From assembly GCA_964270895.1 (NCBI GenBank), contig OZ185439.1: 64,000 nucleotides of DNA. One strand, 5' to 3'. The stretch is from Podarcis filfolensis (lineage: Eukaryota). The position numbers were made by a program, and so were the translations under genes. Positions 1-12,314 of this stretch are shown piece by piece. Every line of letters starts with the position of its first letter. Within the stretch, counting starts at the first letter, position 1. Below the pieces are notes generated by a model. The model was not told the origin of the DNA. It saw only the letters and a program-made list of their open reading frames with translations, and ran no database searches.

Positions 1-285
1 TTTCACATATGTGGACAATGATATTAGTTTGTTACCCTAGGGCAACTGGGGGCAGTGGGAGGATGGCAGGTGAGTAATCATCAAATCAGTGGTTTTCCTC
101 CTTCACAACCCCAGCTCTAATTTAATCTGTGGCTGCCAAGAGTCTTCCTTTGCAGTTGTGAATGCAAGTTGTGGCTGTTGCTGCACAAATTCATGAGCAG
201 ACTCTATGGGCTCCTCCAGACTACCTTTGGTGGTATGTTTTTAGGTACCAATCCAGGATTTAAAGCTCCATGTCTGAGTGTTGTG

Positions 286-310
286 TTTTGTTTTGTTTTG
301 TTTTGTTTTG
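286..310. repeat. (TTTTG)n microsatellite
   Basis: Five tandem TTTTG units visible directly. Confidence 0.9.
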
Positions 311-348
311 TCCTGGTGCTCTCCCCAGAAAAAAACGTGTTTTACTGC

Positions 349-548
349 TGAATCAGAGCAATTCACAGGTTCTTGGGGTTGGAAGGGACCCATGGGTCAT
401 CTCGTCCAACCCCCTGCAATGCAGGAATCTCATCTAAAGCATCCGTGGCAGATGGCCATCCAACCTCTGCTTATAAACCTCCAAGGAAGGAGAGTTTGCC
501 ACCTCTCGTGGGAGTCTGTTCCACTGCCAAACAGCTCTTACTGTCAGC
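349..548 (-). mobile_element. CR1 LINE 3' end fragment
   Basis: 'gttggaagggacccatgggtcatctcgtccaaccccctgcaatgcagg' resembles the reverse complement of the squamate CR1 3' UTR, recognised from memory; a similar tail is at 44327-44382 on +. Confidence 0.75.
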
Positions 549-608
549 AGGTGGAAAGGAGTAATTGGGAATATGCTCACGAGTGCATTCCTGATTTGTC
601 TTTTTCAG

Positions 609-653
609 TTTTGCCCCTTAGATTTACCTGTGCTCCACATTCTGTGATGTCAG
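609..653 (+). other. Candidate 45-nt internal exon of an unidentified transcript
   Basis: Branch-like CTGAT, acceptor tttgtctttttcAG (608), donor CAG|GTGAGG (653/654). Only the phase-1 frame is open (xLPLRFTCAPHSVMSG). Not recognised as a known protein. Confidence 0.3.
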
Positions 654-2421
654 GTGAGGAACAGGTGGGTGTGGTTTGTGCCAAATCACACCATGGGCAA
701 AATGGGGGATGTTCTCAGACTGAAGGTTCTACAACACTGCTTCTGGGCTCAGAGTAGGGATGGAGGGCAGGGTCTGTCAAGAGGGCTGGATCCTGATTTT
801 CTAGCCGCCCCCCGGATTATTTTGACTGGCACCCAGGAAGTTTACAATGTGCAAATCACCAAATAAATGATTTGTTGACTGAAAAAGAGAACACTCACAA
901 CCCCTCCCCCCTTGGCTACCTTGAAAATAAGGTTAGGTGCAGCAAGAACAAACAAAATTTGAATCAACCAAACACCCATGAGAATTTCTATAAAATTGTC
1001 TCCCCTAGTTGACATTTTCTTTTTCCATTAATTGGTGGGAAATAGTCGGGCAGGAGACGTTTTTGGCACAGCACAAATTGAAATATGCAAAAAAGGGAAC
1101 ATCTTTTTATTTGGCCTTTGTGCTTTGTGGCGTTGGGCTACCATCCAGTCTCAATTAGGCAAGTGCAAACCCAACAGTTGGTGCTAAGCATGAAGCCAAG
1201 TGATTTGCACTTAAGACAAGTCCAGACCTTCAAAGTAACCCTGTAATGACTTGTGGGACACTGTAAAACTGGCCTAATTAATTAGCTGAAAAGTGGGCTC
1301 ACCCCCTGCCAATTCCCATCCATATTCTACTGTCTTTGTCTAACTTTTCACACTTCCTTGGGGATGGGTACATTCCAACTCAGCACACAGAATGGCTATT
1401 CTTAAAAACTTCCATTCCTTGATAATTATTTGGTTTGGTTGGTTCCAGTGAGTTAGGAATGACTGATCTGGGTGAAAGATATTTGTCTTGGCCTCACAAT
1501 GGATTGTCTTTAATGAATTGTGCTTGGTCTGGCACAGGCCTGGCTTCTCCATCTGTTTCTGATGTTGATATAGTTAAAAGTTTGACAGACATGCCGTCCC
1601 CCCTGCCACGTGCAGGGGCAAAGCTGTAGCAAGAACCAATTATGCAGAAGCTGAAAAAAGTCAAAAGCATTTTTATATTTCTTCTTAAGTCTGGGGTTTG
1701 CTTGCGCCCAAAGATAACAGAGATCTCTTCCGGTTGTGAGCTGCAGAAGTCTTGTCGCTACCTTTTGTTCCCTCTTGGTTTTCTTGCACGCAGTTATTGT
1801 AAATGATTGAAATGTTTGCATGAAAACGACAGGGATATTTGCAACCTAAAACTGCTCGGAAATCAAACTGCTGCTTCTCTGCTGAATTTCAAAGCACTGT
1901 CCAAGGTTTCGGATAGGATTTTCCCATTCCACTCCAAAGAAAAAAATAAAAATAAAAACATAATGCTTTGCTCAGCAGGAAAAATAGCCAGAAAATGTTG
2001 AAGAAGAACAGGTGGAGCTTGGTAAAGGCTTACAGACATGTTCTGTTTTTCTCTGAGAGTGAAAGGAGCCGATCACTGAGGGAGATAAGAAGGGATGCCT
2101 GGCAGGAATCAATTATATCTCAATCCCTGACTTATTTGGAGCCTATTCTTTAACCCTCTCCTTGTGTGGCACTTGTAGTTTTGAGTTAGCCTGCATTGAC
2201 TTCTAGGCACAGCTGCCATAACCTGAGCCAGGTGCTGGAAACTGTGATTCATATGGTTCCTGTATCTCCCCACCCCTGATGCTATTAGCAGCTCTGAGGG
2301 TGTATTTATGATCAGGACCAGCCTAAGATGTTTTGCTTCCTGAGGAGGAGGAGGAGGAGGACAAAATGGTGTCCCCCTGTCACACATCACCACCAGCATT
2401 CTACATACAGAATTCAACTGT

Positions 2422-2766
2422 AAAGTAAAGGTAAAGGGTCCCCTGACCATTAGGTCCAGTCGTGGCTGACTCTGGGGTTGCAGCGCTCATCTCGCTTTAT
2501 TGCCCGAGGGAGCCAGCATACAGCTTTGGGATCATGTGACCAGCATGACTGATGAACCAGAGCAGCGCACGGAAACGCCGTTTACCTTCCCACCGGAGTG
2601 GTACCTATTTATCTACTTGCACTTTGACATGCTTTTGAACTGCTAGGTTGGCAGGAGCTGGGACCGAGCAACGGGAGCTCACCCCGTCGCGGGGATTCGA
2701 ACCACCAACCTTCTGATTGGCAAGTCCTAGGTTCTGTGGTTTAACCCACAGTGCCACCCGTGTCCC
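2422..2766 (-). mobile_element. Sauria SINE (Squam1), full length
   Basis: (AAAGGT)n tail on + (ACCTTT on the element strand); body matches the six other copies in the window; tRNA-like head with B box GGTTCGAATCC on the minus strand. Confidence 0.95.
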
Positions 2767-2845
2767 TACAGCAAATCTACAATTTAAATGATTCGGTTTG
2801 GTTAGTTCCAGTGAGGTAGGATTTTAAATCTACTATTCCCATCAC

Positions 2846-3024
2846 CAGTGCTTTTTTTCTGGGTGGATGCAGGGGTACGCATACGCCTAAACATTTTGTG
2901 AATCTTTGTAATTTCGCCATTTACTGTATTTATTTTTCCCGATTTGAACTATAAAATGGTGATTTTCTTGAGTCAAAATGAGAGCACCCCTAAACATTTT
3001 TTATTTAAAAAAACAACAACACTG
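2846..3024. mobile_element. hAT-like non-autonomous DNA transposon (MITE)
   Basis: Termini cagtgcttttttt ... aaaaaaacaacaacactg (imperfect TIR); flanks cccatcac/cccacccc are a degenerate 8-bp TSD (6/8). Confidence 0.55.
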
Positions 3025-3249
3025 CCCACCCCCACTGTACACTGATCACATTGTACACTGAGGCAGGATGGGGGAAAACAACAACGATAAAAACAACAGC
3101 AACCACCCAGTGGTTGCTACCCCCATCTCCCCACAGAACAATGTAATGTCATGATAAAATATTGTTTCAAGTTCATTCTTAGTGAAACTGTCCCCAGCAA
3201 CAGCTGTCATTCTCTCCCTTTCATCAGGATGCAGCTCAGGTGCAGAGGA

Positions 3250-3375
3250 AATTTGGACCTTCGGATATTGCCGAACCACAACTCCCATCAGCCCCAGAAA
3301 GCATGTTCTATAGCCAGGGATGATGGGAGTTGCAGTTCAGCAACATCTGGAGGATCAATGGTCGCCCACACCTGA
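3250..3375. mobile_element. Palindromic hAT-type MITE, degenerate (same family as 37528-37664)
   Basis: acaactcccatc ... gatgggagttgcagt internal inverted repeat; ends catctggagg...cacacctg. Confidence 0.7.
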
Positions 3376-5239
3376 GGTAGCAAGATGAATTCAGCATCAG
3401 GCTTTAGCATCATTTCATGAGGAAAACAGTGGCGGTGGTGTGCCCACCAATTGATTGTCGTTAGTACATGTGCCTCTGTTACTTGTACCACCCAAGAAGC
3501 GTCATACCCTGGAATTCATGTCCCATTAAAAACTGCAGAAATCCCCTATTTCAAAGCAAGTGCGGGAGGGAGTTGATCCAATTCTAGGCACTAGCCAGAG
3601 TTAGTAATGACTTCCTATCCAGGGCACAAATGCTATCACATAGTCTACATTTGCAGAGCCTGTGTGGTGCTGAGGTAAAAGAATTGGTACTCAACGGTTC
3701 CATGCTGTTCCTCTAAAAGTAAGGGAAATATTTGTATTCCGTTCTTTTGGGGGAAAAACAACCCTGTATTTGAAGAATGTTTAACTGTTCCACTTAAATT
3801 GCTTTGACAGTTGCTGCAGCTGTAGCCAAATTGTTAGAACCCTTTTTTAACAGCCGTGGCTAACAACCAAGCACAATTTCTTAAAACTGATCTCCATTCA
3901 GCTACTTGCAATTCTAAGTACACTTGAGAAGGTTATATATGTAACATACTCATATATAAAGCCATTCTCACAAAAGGTGTGCACCTTTCCTCTGAGATAT
4001 AAAGTGGATATTGTACTAAACAACCCACCGACATCCTGTTGTTGTACCTGTACAAACCATATTGGATTTGGAAACCACTTTTAACGGGTATTGTGAGCTT
4101 AAGATATATTTTCTTTTCTCGGTTGGGGTCTGCAAGGGAAAGAAAAAGTTTCTCAGGAACTGATGCATTTGAATTGCTGGGCTCTATGTATAGTAAGCAT
4201 AGTCCATGGAACTAATTTACTCAATAAGGGTGTACGTTGCCTTTAGCTTTTGAGAAAACTATTCCAGCTTTTGGGGGAATTGGGACAGAACAACTGTGCA
4301 ATACAGTCTTGCATTTCATTCCATGCTAATGTTTTGGATACATGCCTTAGCAAGTTATAGAGACTGAGGATGCAGTTCAGGTGATCCTTTTAGACATGGT
4401 GGAATGCCATTATTCAAAGTGTGGCTGCTCCACACTGAGTCACTTTATACATCTCAAAATGTCCCTGGAACTGATCCTAAGCAAGTCAGTCATGTTTTAC
4501 AAGGACTACTCATACAGGGCACCATTATCCATATTTAGCTGCAGTCCTCTGTAAACATCTCCTATGGCTGTATAAATTATATGGTATATATATATCTCTT
4601 TTAACTGCAAGCGTAAGTACATGCATTGTTTGCTACAACACAAAATATGCAATCAGGAAAGTATTTTTGGATTACTGCTCACTCCAAGTCAGAATTGCTT
4701 CCTTCGGAAATTAATAGCAAAGACCTCTTAGCACCCTTTTTTCATGTGGTTAATTATTTTCTTTCCAGGTTTATATCTGAGTTTAATAGGGATTTCACAA
4801 TCTATAACCTTGACATAAAACCAGGGAAAAGAAGCATCATTCAGCTTTATAGCTAAGCCACAGGAGCTGCAGAGATTGGTATGCAGGAAATTATTCTTAA
4901 CAGGTCTATCTTTATAACAAGCCATGTATTTAAAGCAGACTTAATTACATAATGGGAAGAGAGGAGTTAAATGCTGGAAATGTTACAGATGAGCTCAAAG
5001 TAAATACCTCATGTATGAAAATCCAAATATAGCCCCAACACAATCATGTAGCTTTGATTTAGTGGGAGGCTTTATTTAAATGGAATTATCAAAACCTCAC
5101 AGGTGTCACCAATGGAGAAATCTGGAAAATTTGGAGCAGCAGACATCAAGATCTAATCAGGAACCATATGGATAAGTGGGCTGATCTTTCTGTAAGCTCC
5201 TTATGTAAGAGGCAACAGTGAAATGCAGGGCCTAGCACT

Positions 5240-5519
5240 TAAGAATGTAAGAAGAACCTACTGGATCAGGCCAATGGCCCATCTGGTCCAGCATCCTGTT
5301 CTCGCTGTGGCCAACCAAATAAATGCCTGTGGAAAACCAGCGGGCAGGATTCAAACATAAAAGCACTTTCCTCTCCTTTGGTTTCTAGCAACTGGTACTC
5401 AGAAGCCACTTCAGCTGATTGCATGCTTCTCTCCCCCTTAAGGAATTCCTCAGCTGGCTATCTGGCTTCCTGCATTTTGTGGAACCCTCTCCCATAAATG
5501 TCTATGGTGTTGTCTCTTT
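5240..5519 (-). mobile_element. CR1-type LINE 3' fragment (TAAGAAC-tailed family), interrupted by a SINE
   Basis: taagaatgtaagaagaacctactggatcaggccaatggcccatctggtccagcatcctgttctc; related to 23097-23295 (same orientation) and 46195-46310 (opposite orientation). Confidence 0.7.
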
Positions 5520-5858
5520 AAAGGTAAAGGGACCCCTGACCATTAGGTCCAGTCATGACCGACTCTGGGGTTGCGGCGCTCATCTTGCTTTATTGGCCAA
5601 GGGAGCCAGCATACATGTGGCCAGCATGACTAAGCCGCTTCTGGTGAACCAGAGCAGCGCACGGAAATGCTGTTTGCCTTCCCTCCAGAGCGATACCTAT
5701 TTATCTACTTGCACTTTGACGTGCTTTCGAACTGCTAGGTGGGCAGGAGCAGGGACCGAGCAACGGGAGCTCACCCCGTTGCGGGGATTCGAACCACCAA
5801 CCTTCTGATTGGCAAGTCCTAGGCTCTGTGGTTTAACCCACAGCACCACCCGTGTCCC
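5520..5858 (-). mobile_element. Sauria SINE (Squam1) with a small internal deletion
   Basis: Matches the other copies; lacks about 12 nt (cagcttccgggt) seen in the others. Confidence 0.95.
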
Positions 5859-6694
5859 CTTACCTTCCTTCAAATCTCTGCACAGCCACTTCCTCCATGC
5901 ATGCCATTTGGTTGCCTCCTTAGTCTTCATTCCCAATTGTAACTGAGCAGAGAAACTAAATCTTATTCATGCTTACTCAAAAGCAACTCACCTTGGTTGC
6001 ACTAGAGCTCATTCTCCAGTAAGCATGGTTAGAGTTGCCTTTGCCTGCAGAGCAAAAAAAAATCCCAACCTGCAAAGAGTTTGCAATCTAAAACAGAAAT
6101 TGTAGGTGCTAAGAGAGAAAAGGGGAACTGTAGGGAAGCTCATAAGTCCTACAAATTTTCTAATTTGTCCCTCTCTCTATCTCCATTCATCCCTCTTAGT
6201 TTCCCAGTGGCATGGCTTGCACCTCGTCCCAGATCACCCAAGTTCTTGTCAAACTAATTCACATACACACCCCAATGATCCAGATCTTGCTCCTCAATTC
6301 TTTTTTAAAAAAATCTGTTTCATTTATGGCACATCCCAAAGTGATTTAAAAATAAGAAGATAAATAAATAAAAATATGTAAAAATAATTTCAGTTTCCCT
6401 TCAATTAATTACTCCAATTCAGTTCAAACACCATGTTAGTTTATCAACACACACACCAAATCAAATTAAATTCAACATAAATAGGATGCACATGGCACAT
6501 TACTATGACACAGATGATTGATCTGTTTTCTCTTTTCAAAACTTAGCTGTGGGCCTGTCTTTGGCTGACTTAACTATGCTGAGCTGAGCTGTTGCACTAC
6601 GCAAATTGAAACCACAAATGCCCACAAAAAGAGAAGTGAATCTACCATTTCTGTTCCAGGGGCATTGCATGGAAAAAGAAATGGTTGCTCCAAT

Positions 6695-7040
6695 TAGGGA
6701 TGGTCAAATCTTTGGTTTCTTTCAGTTTCTCTTTTTTTCTAATCTTAAATTCAGCTCCTTACATTTCCACATAAGTTTGCAACAAAAAAGTATAAACATG
6801 AAAATTCACCAGCATTTTTGTGCATATTTTGCAAAACAATATTTTTGTATATTATATTAACTAATATATGCATTTTTATGTACTTTACCTTAGGCATTTA
6901 TGTTTTGAAAAATTAAGAGAAAGGTGAATTTAGAATTTAGAAAGGTGGCTACATTTCATTCCATGTATTGTTTAAGAAATGGTGAATTTGGGGGGTTCCT
7001 CTTCTAAATGTGAACTGAATCAATTTCTCTTACATCTCTT
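6695..7040. mobile_element. TAGGGATG-ended hAT MITE (degenerate)
   Basis: Reverse-orientation relative of 25633-26057 and 41861-42279; starts tagggatg, ends catctctt. Confidence 0.65.
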
Positions 7041-7334
7041 GCCCCTACATTGGGGTAGCCATTTCTCTTTCTGTACAGTTGCCCCAAGAAAGGAAGCAGA
7101 ATGTGTGTTGCTTCCCTATCCATAGGCATTCTGGGTTTCAGTCAGCCCATTACAGCAGCAGCCCAGCTCACCTTCTGCGTAGTCTTTGACAGACTTAATT
7201 AAGTTTCTTTAAAAAGAAAGAAAGACGGGTTTGTGTTAATCTCATCTCCTCCTGTATATCCAGTTATATGAAAACCAGACACAGGGCTAAGCAGCCCTCA
7301 AAATACCCTCTTTCTTACTGGGCTGCTTGGTATC

Positions 7335-7430
7335 TGGCTATCTCAGCATCCCTAACCATTGGCCATGCTGACTAGGACTGATGGTAGTTGGAGCCCAATA
7401 ACACATAGAGGACCACAGGTTTGCACCCCT
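7335..7430. mobile_element. Palindromic hAT-type MITE remnant
   Basis: cagcatccctaaccattggccatgctg...ggaccacaggtttgcacccctg, similar to other copies of the family. Confidence 0.6.
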
Positions 7431-7602
7431 GTTTCACCTATATCCAGAGCCAGCCTGAGTTCCATTCAGAAAAAGAAGTCTGCTGACCTCCCAAATGATT
7501 TTACCCCGATCGCTCCCATGATCCTGACTGGGATAAAATCCATTATAGAACCAAAACCAACTGTTCTAATAAGTTTCAACAAAGGGTCCCAACTCTTAGG
7601 TA

Positions 7603-8594
7603 ACCCTTGTGCAAATTAATTGAAACAAAGTCAGCATGTCCGAAGGTCACAGAGAGAGAAGCTTTGTGATTGCCACATCAATCAGTCTGTCAAGCACCCA
7701 TAAAAGAAGATGTTTTAGGGATGCTTCAGTTATTATGGTGTTGGAAGCCTGCAACCAATAGAAGGAATGATGCACTCGCCACAATATATTGAGGTTCTAC
7801 GAAAGAGAATTATTCCAGAGCTGGGAAAGAGGTATCCTGACGGTACTGGGATATTGCAGCAGGACCTAGCCCCCTGTCACACATCGAAAGTGGTGAAGAA
7901 ATTCATGACAAATACAGGTACTTGATTGGCCAGGGAATTCCCCAGACGTAAATCCCATTGAGAATTTGTGGGCTATATGCAAAAATTGCCTCTGTGCTGT
8001 AGACTGTATGACTATGGAGAAGCTCATTCAGGCACTGATTCATGTGTGGTAAAGGTAAAGGTAAAGGGACCCCTCACCATTAGGTCCAGTCGTGGCTGAC
8101 TCTGGGGTTGTGGTGCTCATCTCGCTTTATTGGCCGAGGGAGCCAGTGTACAGCTTCCGGGTCATGTGGCCAGCATGACTAAGCCGCTTCTGGCGAACCA
8201 GAGCAGCACACAGAAACACCATTACCTTCCCGCTGGAGCGGTACCTATTTATCTACTTGCACTTTGACATGCTTTCAAACTGCTAGGTGGGCAGGAGCAG
8301 GGACCAAGCAACGGGAGCTCACCCCGTCATGGGGATTCGAACTGCCGACCTTCTGATCGGCAAGTCCTAGGCTCTGTGGTTTAACCCACAGCGCCACCCG
8401 CGTCCCTCAATGTATGGTACAGGGACCCAAAAATCAACAGTGACTGTTCGAAACCAGTAGACTCCATGCCAAACTGTGTTCAAATGCTGCTTAAAAATAG
8501 CAGAGGTCATATCCGTTACTAATGTATGTATATGTGAGTTTTGTACAATAAACTACTAAATTCATTGTTTGTTTCAATTAATTTGCACAAGGGT
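7603..8594 (+). mobile_element. Internally deleted Tc1 (DD34E) DNA transposon with pseudogenised transposase
   Basis: 27-bp TIRs acccttgtgcaaattaattgaaacaaa (7603-7629) and its exact reverse complement (8568-8594), with TA-like flanks. Translation from 7683: QSVKHP*KKMF*GCFSYYGVGSLQPIEG...LQQDLAPCHTSK...[frameshift]LDWPGNSPDVNPIENLWAI...DSMPNCVQMLLKNSRGHIRY* (stop 8520-8522). Confidence 0.92.
8051..8406 (-). mobile_element. Sauria SINE nested in the Tc1 transposase
   Basis: Full copy; flanks atgtgtggta / atgtatggta (about 10-bp TSD, 1 mismatch); Tc1 reading frame resumes after it. Confidence 0.95.
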
Positions 8595-8934
8595 ATAAGC
8601 TCCCAGGAGAGAGTCCAGCAACAGAAGACACAGGTATTTAGTAGGATTGTATCTCACATAACTGGATGGTACCTTACATGTAAACTAAACCAATCCCTCA
8701 CCGATGGAGGATGGCAGCACATGGTAATTGGTTGAGGGGAACCTGGGAGAGGTGCAGAGTGCTTTTTTTTTTGTTTTTGTTTAAATAAGACCTTCCCAAT
8801 CCCTCTTTTTTGTGTGGCCTGGGGATGTTCCATAGTACCATCAAATCTAGTGTGGTTTTCTGTCCATCCTAGGAGTGAGCACTGCAAGTCATCCCAGCCC
8901 ATTTCCTGTGCTGCAAACCTGAACGCAGCAGATA

Positions 8935-9025
8935 TAGGAAACCTACGGCCCTCCAGATGTTGTTGAACACTAACTCCCATCATCACTAATCCATTGGCAC
9001 AACTGGCTGGGAGTTGGAGTTTCAA
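8935..9025. mobile_element. Palindromic hAT-type MITE remnant
   Basis: ggccctccagatgttgttgaacactaactcccatcatc, truncated on the right by an L2 fragment. Confidence 0.6.
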
Positions 9026-9360
9026 GGCTTTTGTGTTAACTCATAAAGCCCTAAACAACTTTGGCCCCAAATACCTTGTGGACTGCCTGATACCTTGTGT
9101 TCCACCCTGATTACTTCCTCTGGTGGGATATGGCTTGTGCCTCCCCACATCCCTGAGGTTTGGTCGGCCTTTATTAGAGACTGAGGTGTTAGTTTTGGAG
9201 GCCCTGCCCTGTGGAACTCCCTACCAGTAGATATTCAGCATCATCCCTGCCTTCTTTTACTCGTTATTTAGACATACCTTTGGAATGTAGAGTTTCTTTT
9301 AACCAACCAGTATTTATGGAGGGTTTTCTGATGTTTCACTGATGCTTTTATACTTCTTAC
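9025..9360 (+). mobile_element. L2 LINE ORF2 3' fragment (decayed)
   Basis: ataaagccctaaacaactttggccccaaatacc (...KALNNFGPKY...) and gccctgtggaactccctacc (..LWNSLP..) resemble L2 ORF2 C-terminal motifs. Confidence 0.7.
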
Positions 9361-11899
9361 AACCTATGTATACAGCACACCACCTTGTTGTATTTTTACA
9401 GAAGTGCAGTTTACAATTTTTAAAATAAGTAAGCAAATTCTAGTCAAAATCCAGAGCAGAGTTAAGCATTCTTTAGCCCATTGATTTCCTGCTTTATTCT
9501 GTGTTTGATTATGGAGATGCATGTCGTTTGTTTTCTGGACAGCCAGATTTGCAGAGTGAGGCATGCCTGTAAGTCTCTTTGAAATGATTGGGTTGCCCAT
9601 TCATTCACTAGTCTGAAGCAGGACAAGCTGAAGACATCAAACAGAATCACAGAATGCATGCCCATAACTGTGCTGTAAGCAGTTAGATATAAGGAAACAG
9701 GGGAAGGGGAAGTAAACAGAGAGTCGAGCAAAGCCTTTTTCCTTGGCTTATGTTTTCAAATGCTTAGGCTGCTGGTCTAATTGTAGCTTTAACTCACCTG
9801 CACTTCTGTTATTCTACATGTCACAACCAGAATGGTGAACAATAGTCAGAAATTCTTCCTCTTTAGAGGTATTCAAGTTAATGATTCCTTTAATAAAAGC
9901 CTAAGGCAGGGGGAGAATCAGACAGAGAAAAATGGCATCTTCCAACCATAACTGGCAAAAATGCAAGCTAAGTGAAATTTGTAGCTTGCTATTAACTGCA
10001 ATGTGCCTCCTCTCCCTCCAAAACAAGCTGTGCAAGGTGGGTGGCAACTTATTTTATGCCCTATGGATAAATATCACAAAGGAACCTGCTAGTTTAGCAA
10101 GCCATCATCTCTGTAAGACCTAAGAATAAGCATTAGTGTCAATGGTGCTAATCTTTCAGTTCAGCTTTCCATTTTAGATAGCTAATATCAGAGAGGAAAA
10201 GAAAAGAAATTAAAATAGAGCTTGGCAGAGAAGTGGTTTATATAGGGGTTTGTTGTTTTTTAAAAAAAGTTTATCCATGTCTCCCTGAGATTTTTTAAAA
10301 TGAGAAGTCATTCAATAAAATGTGGTTTCATTAAAGATTAGAGCTGCTTGCTGCCTTTAAAATAATAGGAGTGGGGAAGGAGTAAACTCATCCAGTCCCC
10401 ATGCAGGTGATGGTATTTATTGACAAGGTTTTATACATTTCCTTGGCAGGTCTCTTAATGTAGGCCTGAAGCAGGGGTGGGGTTTTTTCAGATCAAGGGG
10501 TGAGGGGGAAGGGAAAATCTGAGGCTGTGTTCTCCTTAGACTGAGTGAGTGTGCCCATCTAGCTCTCCACTCCATAGGAAAGTCGGTGGAGGGAGTTGGC
10601 ATCCATTCTCCCTCTCCCTAGGTGATAGGAGTTGGCGTGAAAAGGGAAGAGCCAGCCAGACATGTAGGCCTCATGCCTAGGGCTCTTCTTAAGTTCTTAA
10701 TGCACACCACAAATATCCTAGTTATCATGCAACAACCTCTATGTGAACACATCAAACAAAATCACCTGTCATTTAATGCCATCAAAAGAAACAATTAAGG
10801 ACAGAGGGAGGGGCACAAAAGCATTATGTTTATTGATAAATTTTACAAAAACGTTGAAAGAACTTGCAGCCATGGCCTTGAATGTTATAAAGGCTTGGAA
10901 ACTAGATGGTCTCTTTCTATTCACAACTTTGAATAGATGTGAGGCAATGCTTTGATTCATCCATCAGTCCGCCTCCCTCCACCCCCCGCCCCAATCCTGA
11001 CTTCTCTGCTCCTTTCGCCACCCAGTAGGAGTAAAAGAATAAACTAACAAATATATAAAGGGTTAGTCATATTCTGCCAATAGATTAGATGAAAAGCTTC
11101 AATGATAGTTAACGATGCACAAACATTATGCAAAGATTCCCCCGTACCACAAACATATCCCATTAACTTTTGCCACATACACAAAGGGAAACTAAAAAAA
11201 GAAATGTGGTGCCATTTCCCATCAGCTCAGTCTCTCTCTCTCCCCTGCCTCCCCAAATTTCATATGTGCTATCAGTTTCTCACGTGGCATGTTTGTCTTC
11301 TCCCACCACTCCCACATACTGAATGGGGAAATGCTTCAAAGATGGGAGGCCTATTGCTCTCCAAGTCAGAGCTGCCTAATAAAAAGGCGTCTGCGTTCCG
11401 GGTGGGTTTTGAGGAACTACAGCTATAAAGATAATTAATGCCAAATAGTAGACCCCTGTGATTAATCCAAAACACAGTATAAATGGTGCCGCCAAATGGG
11501 GTTCGACAGTCAAACCAGCACTTGTTGAGACACAAAGGCATGCGTCCTCTTTGGAAATGTACTGTGGGGTAGTGCTTCCTGCATATTTTGGTATAACATG
11601 CTCTCTTGGCAAGGGGAACACAAGGATGAGGAAAGCCAAACCACTGAACTTTGAAGCAGGGTGCTTTTAGATTACTAAAAGCTCACGTCTAGCTTTGAAT
11701 CCCTTGCTACGAACAGCAAAGCAAAAATGTCATGCTTTGGGCCTATGAATTACAGTCAGAGAAACCTCCTTGTGCTGTGCTCCCAGCAAAGAAGGGGTAG
11801 TGGGTCAGAACTATCTTAGGCATGCTGGTTCTGGCTCTGTCCCATGTGAAACTCATATACAATATGTGCTCCCTGCTGATGGCTTTCCAGGCTCTGGTA

Positions 11900-12087
11900 G
11901 CAGGTGCAGTGGCGGGAAAGGGGGGCGGTGGGGGCGGTCTGTCCCAGGTGTCACCCCTGAGGGGGTGCCAAACCCCTGAGGGATGCGGCCCATGTGCAGA
12001 TTACTGTGGCACCGCCCTGTGTGGATCTCCCTGCCCCCCCCCCCCCCCGCATGGATCACCAGGCCGGAGAAGCTAGCTATGCCCCTG
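11900..12087. mobile_element. GC-rich non-autonomous DNA transposon remnant
   Basis: GC-rich insert in AT-rich context ending ctagctatgcccctg, a TIR-like end; the left TIR is not clear. Confidence 0.45.
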
Positions 12088-12135
12088 AGTAGGTACAAAG
12101 TCAAACCCATGAGGAGGTCGGGTGAGAGGACATGC

Positions 12136-12314
12136 TAGGGTTGCCATATTTCAAACAGTGGCAGAAAAGTTGTTGAGGGTTTGGGGGGCCCTTTTAATGC
12201 AAATTTTATGGGGAAATGGCAAAACCAACTTTCCCCAGACCTTTTTCTGATTTCTGTCTGGACATTGCAGTATTCCAGATATGTTCAGGAAAATCCAGAT
12301 GTATGGCAACCCTA
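12136..12314. mobile_element. TAGGGTTGCCA-ended hAT-like MITE
   Basis: tagggttgccata ... tatggcaacccta perfect 13-bp TIR; no clean TSD. Confidence 0.75.

Noticed and set aside
278-757. 159-aa ORF
   Set aside because: Runs through a microsatellite and a CR1 fragment; non-biological composition.
2680-2766. tRNA gene calls at SINE heads
   Set aside because: A/B boxes belong to tRNA-derived SINE heads; no complete cloverleaf.
5419-5808. ORFs containing MTKPLLVNQSSA (also 17356, 34861)
   Set aside because: Recurring chance translations of Sauria SINE sequence.
11910-11940. G-run cluster (possible G-quadruplex or CpG-island promoter)
   Set aside because: Lies within a GC-rich transposon remnant and is too short for a CpG island.
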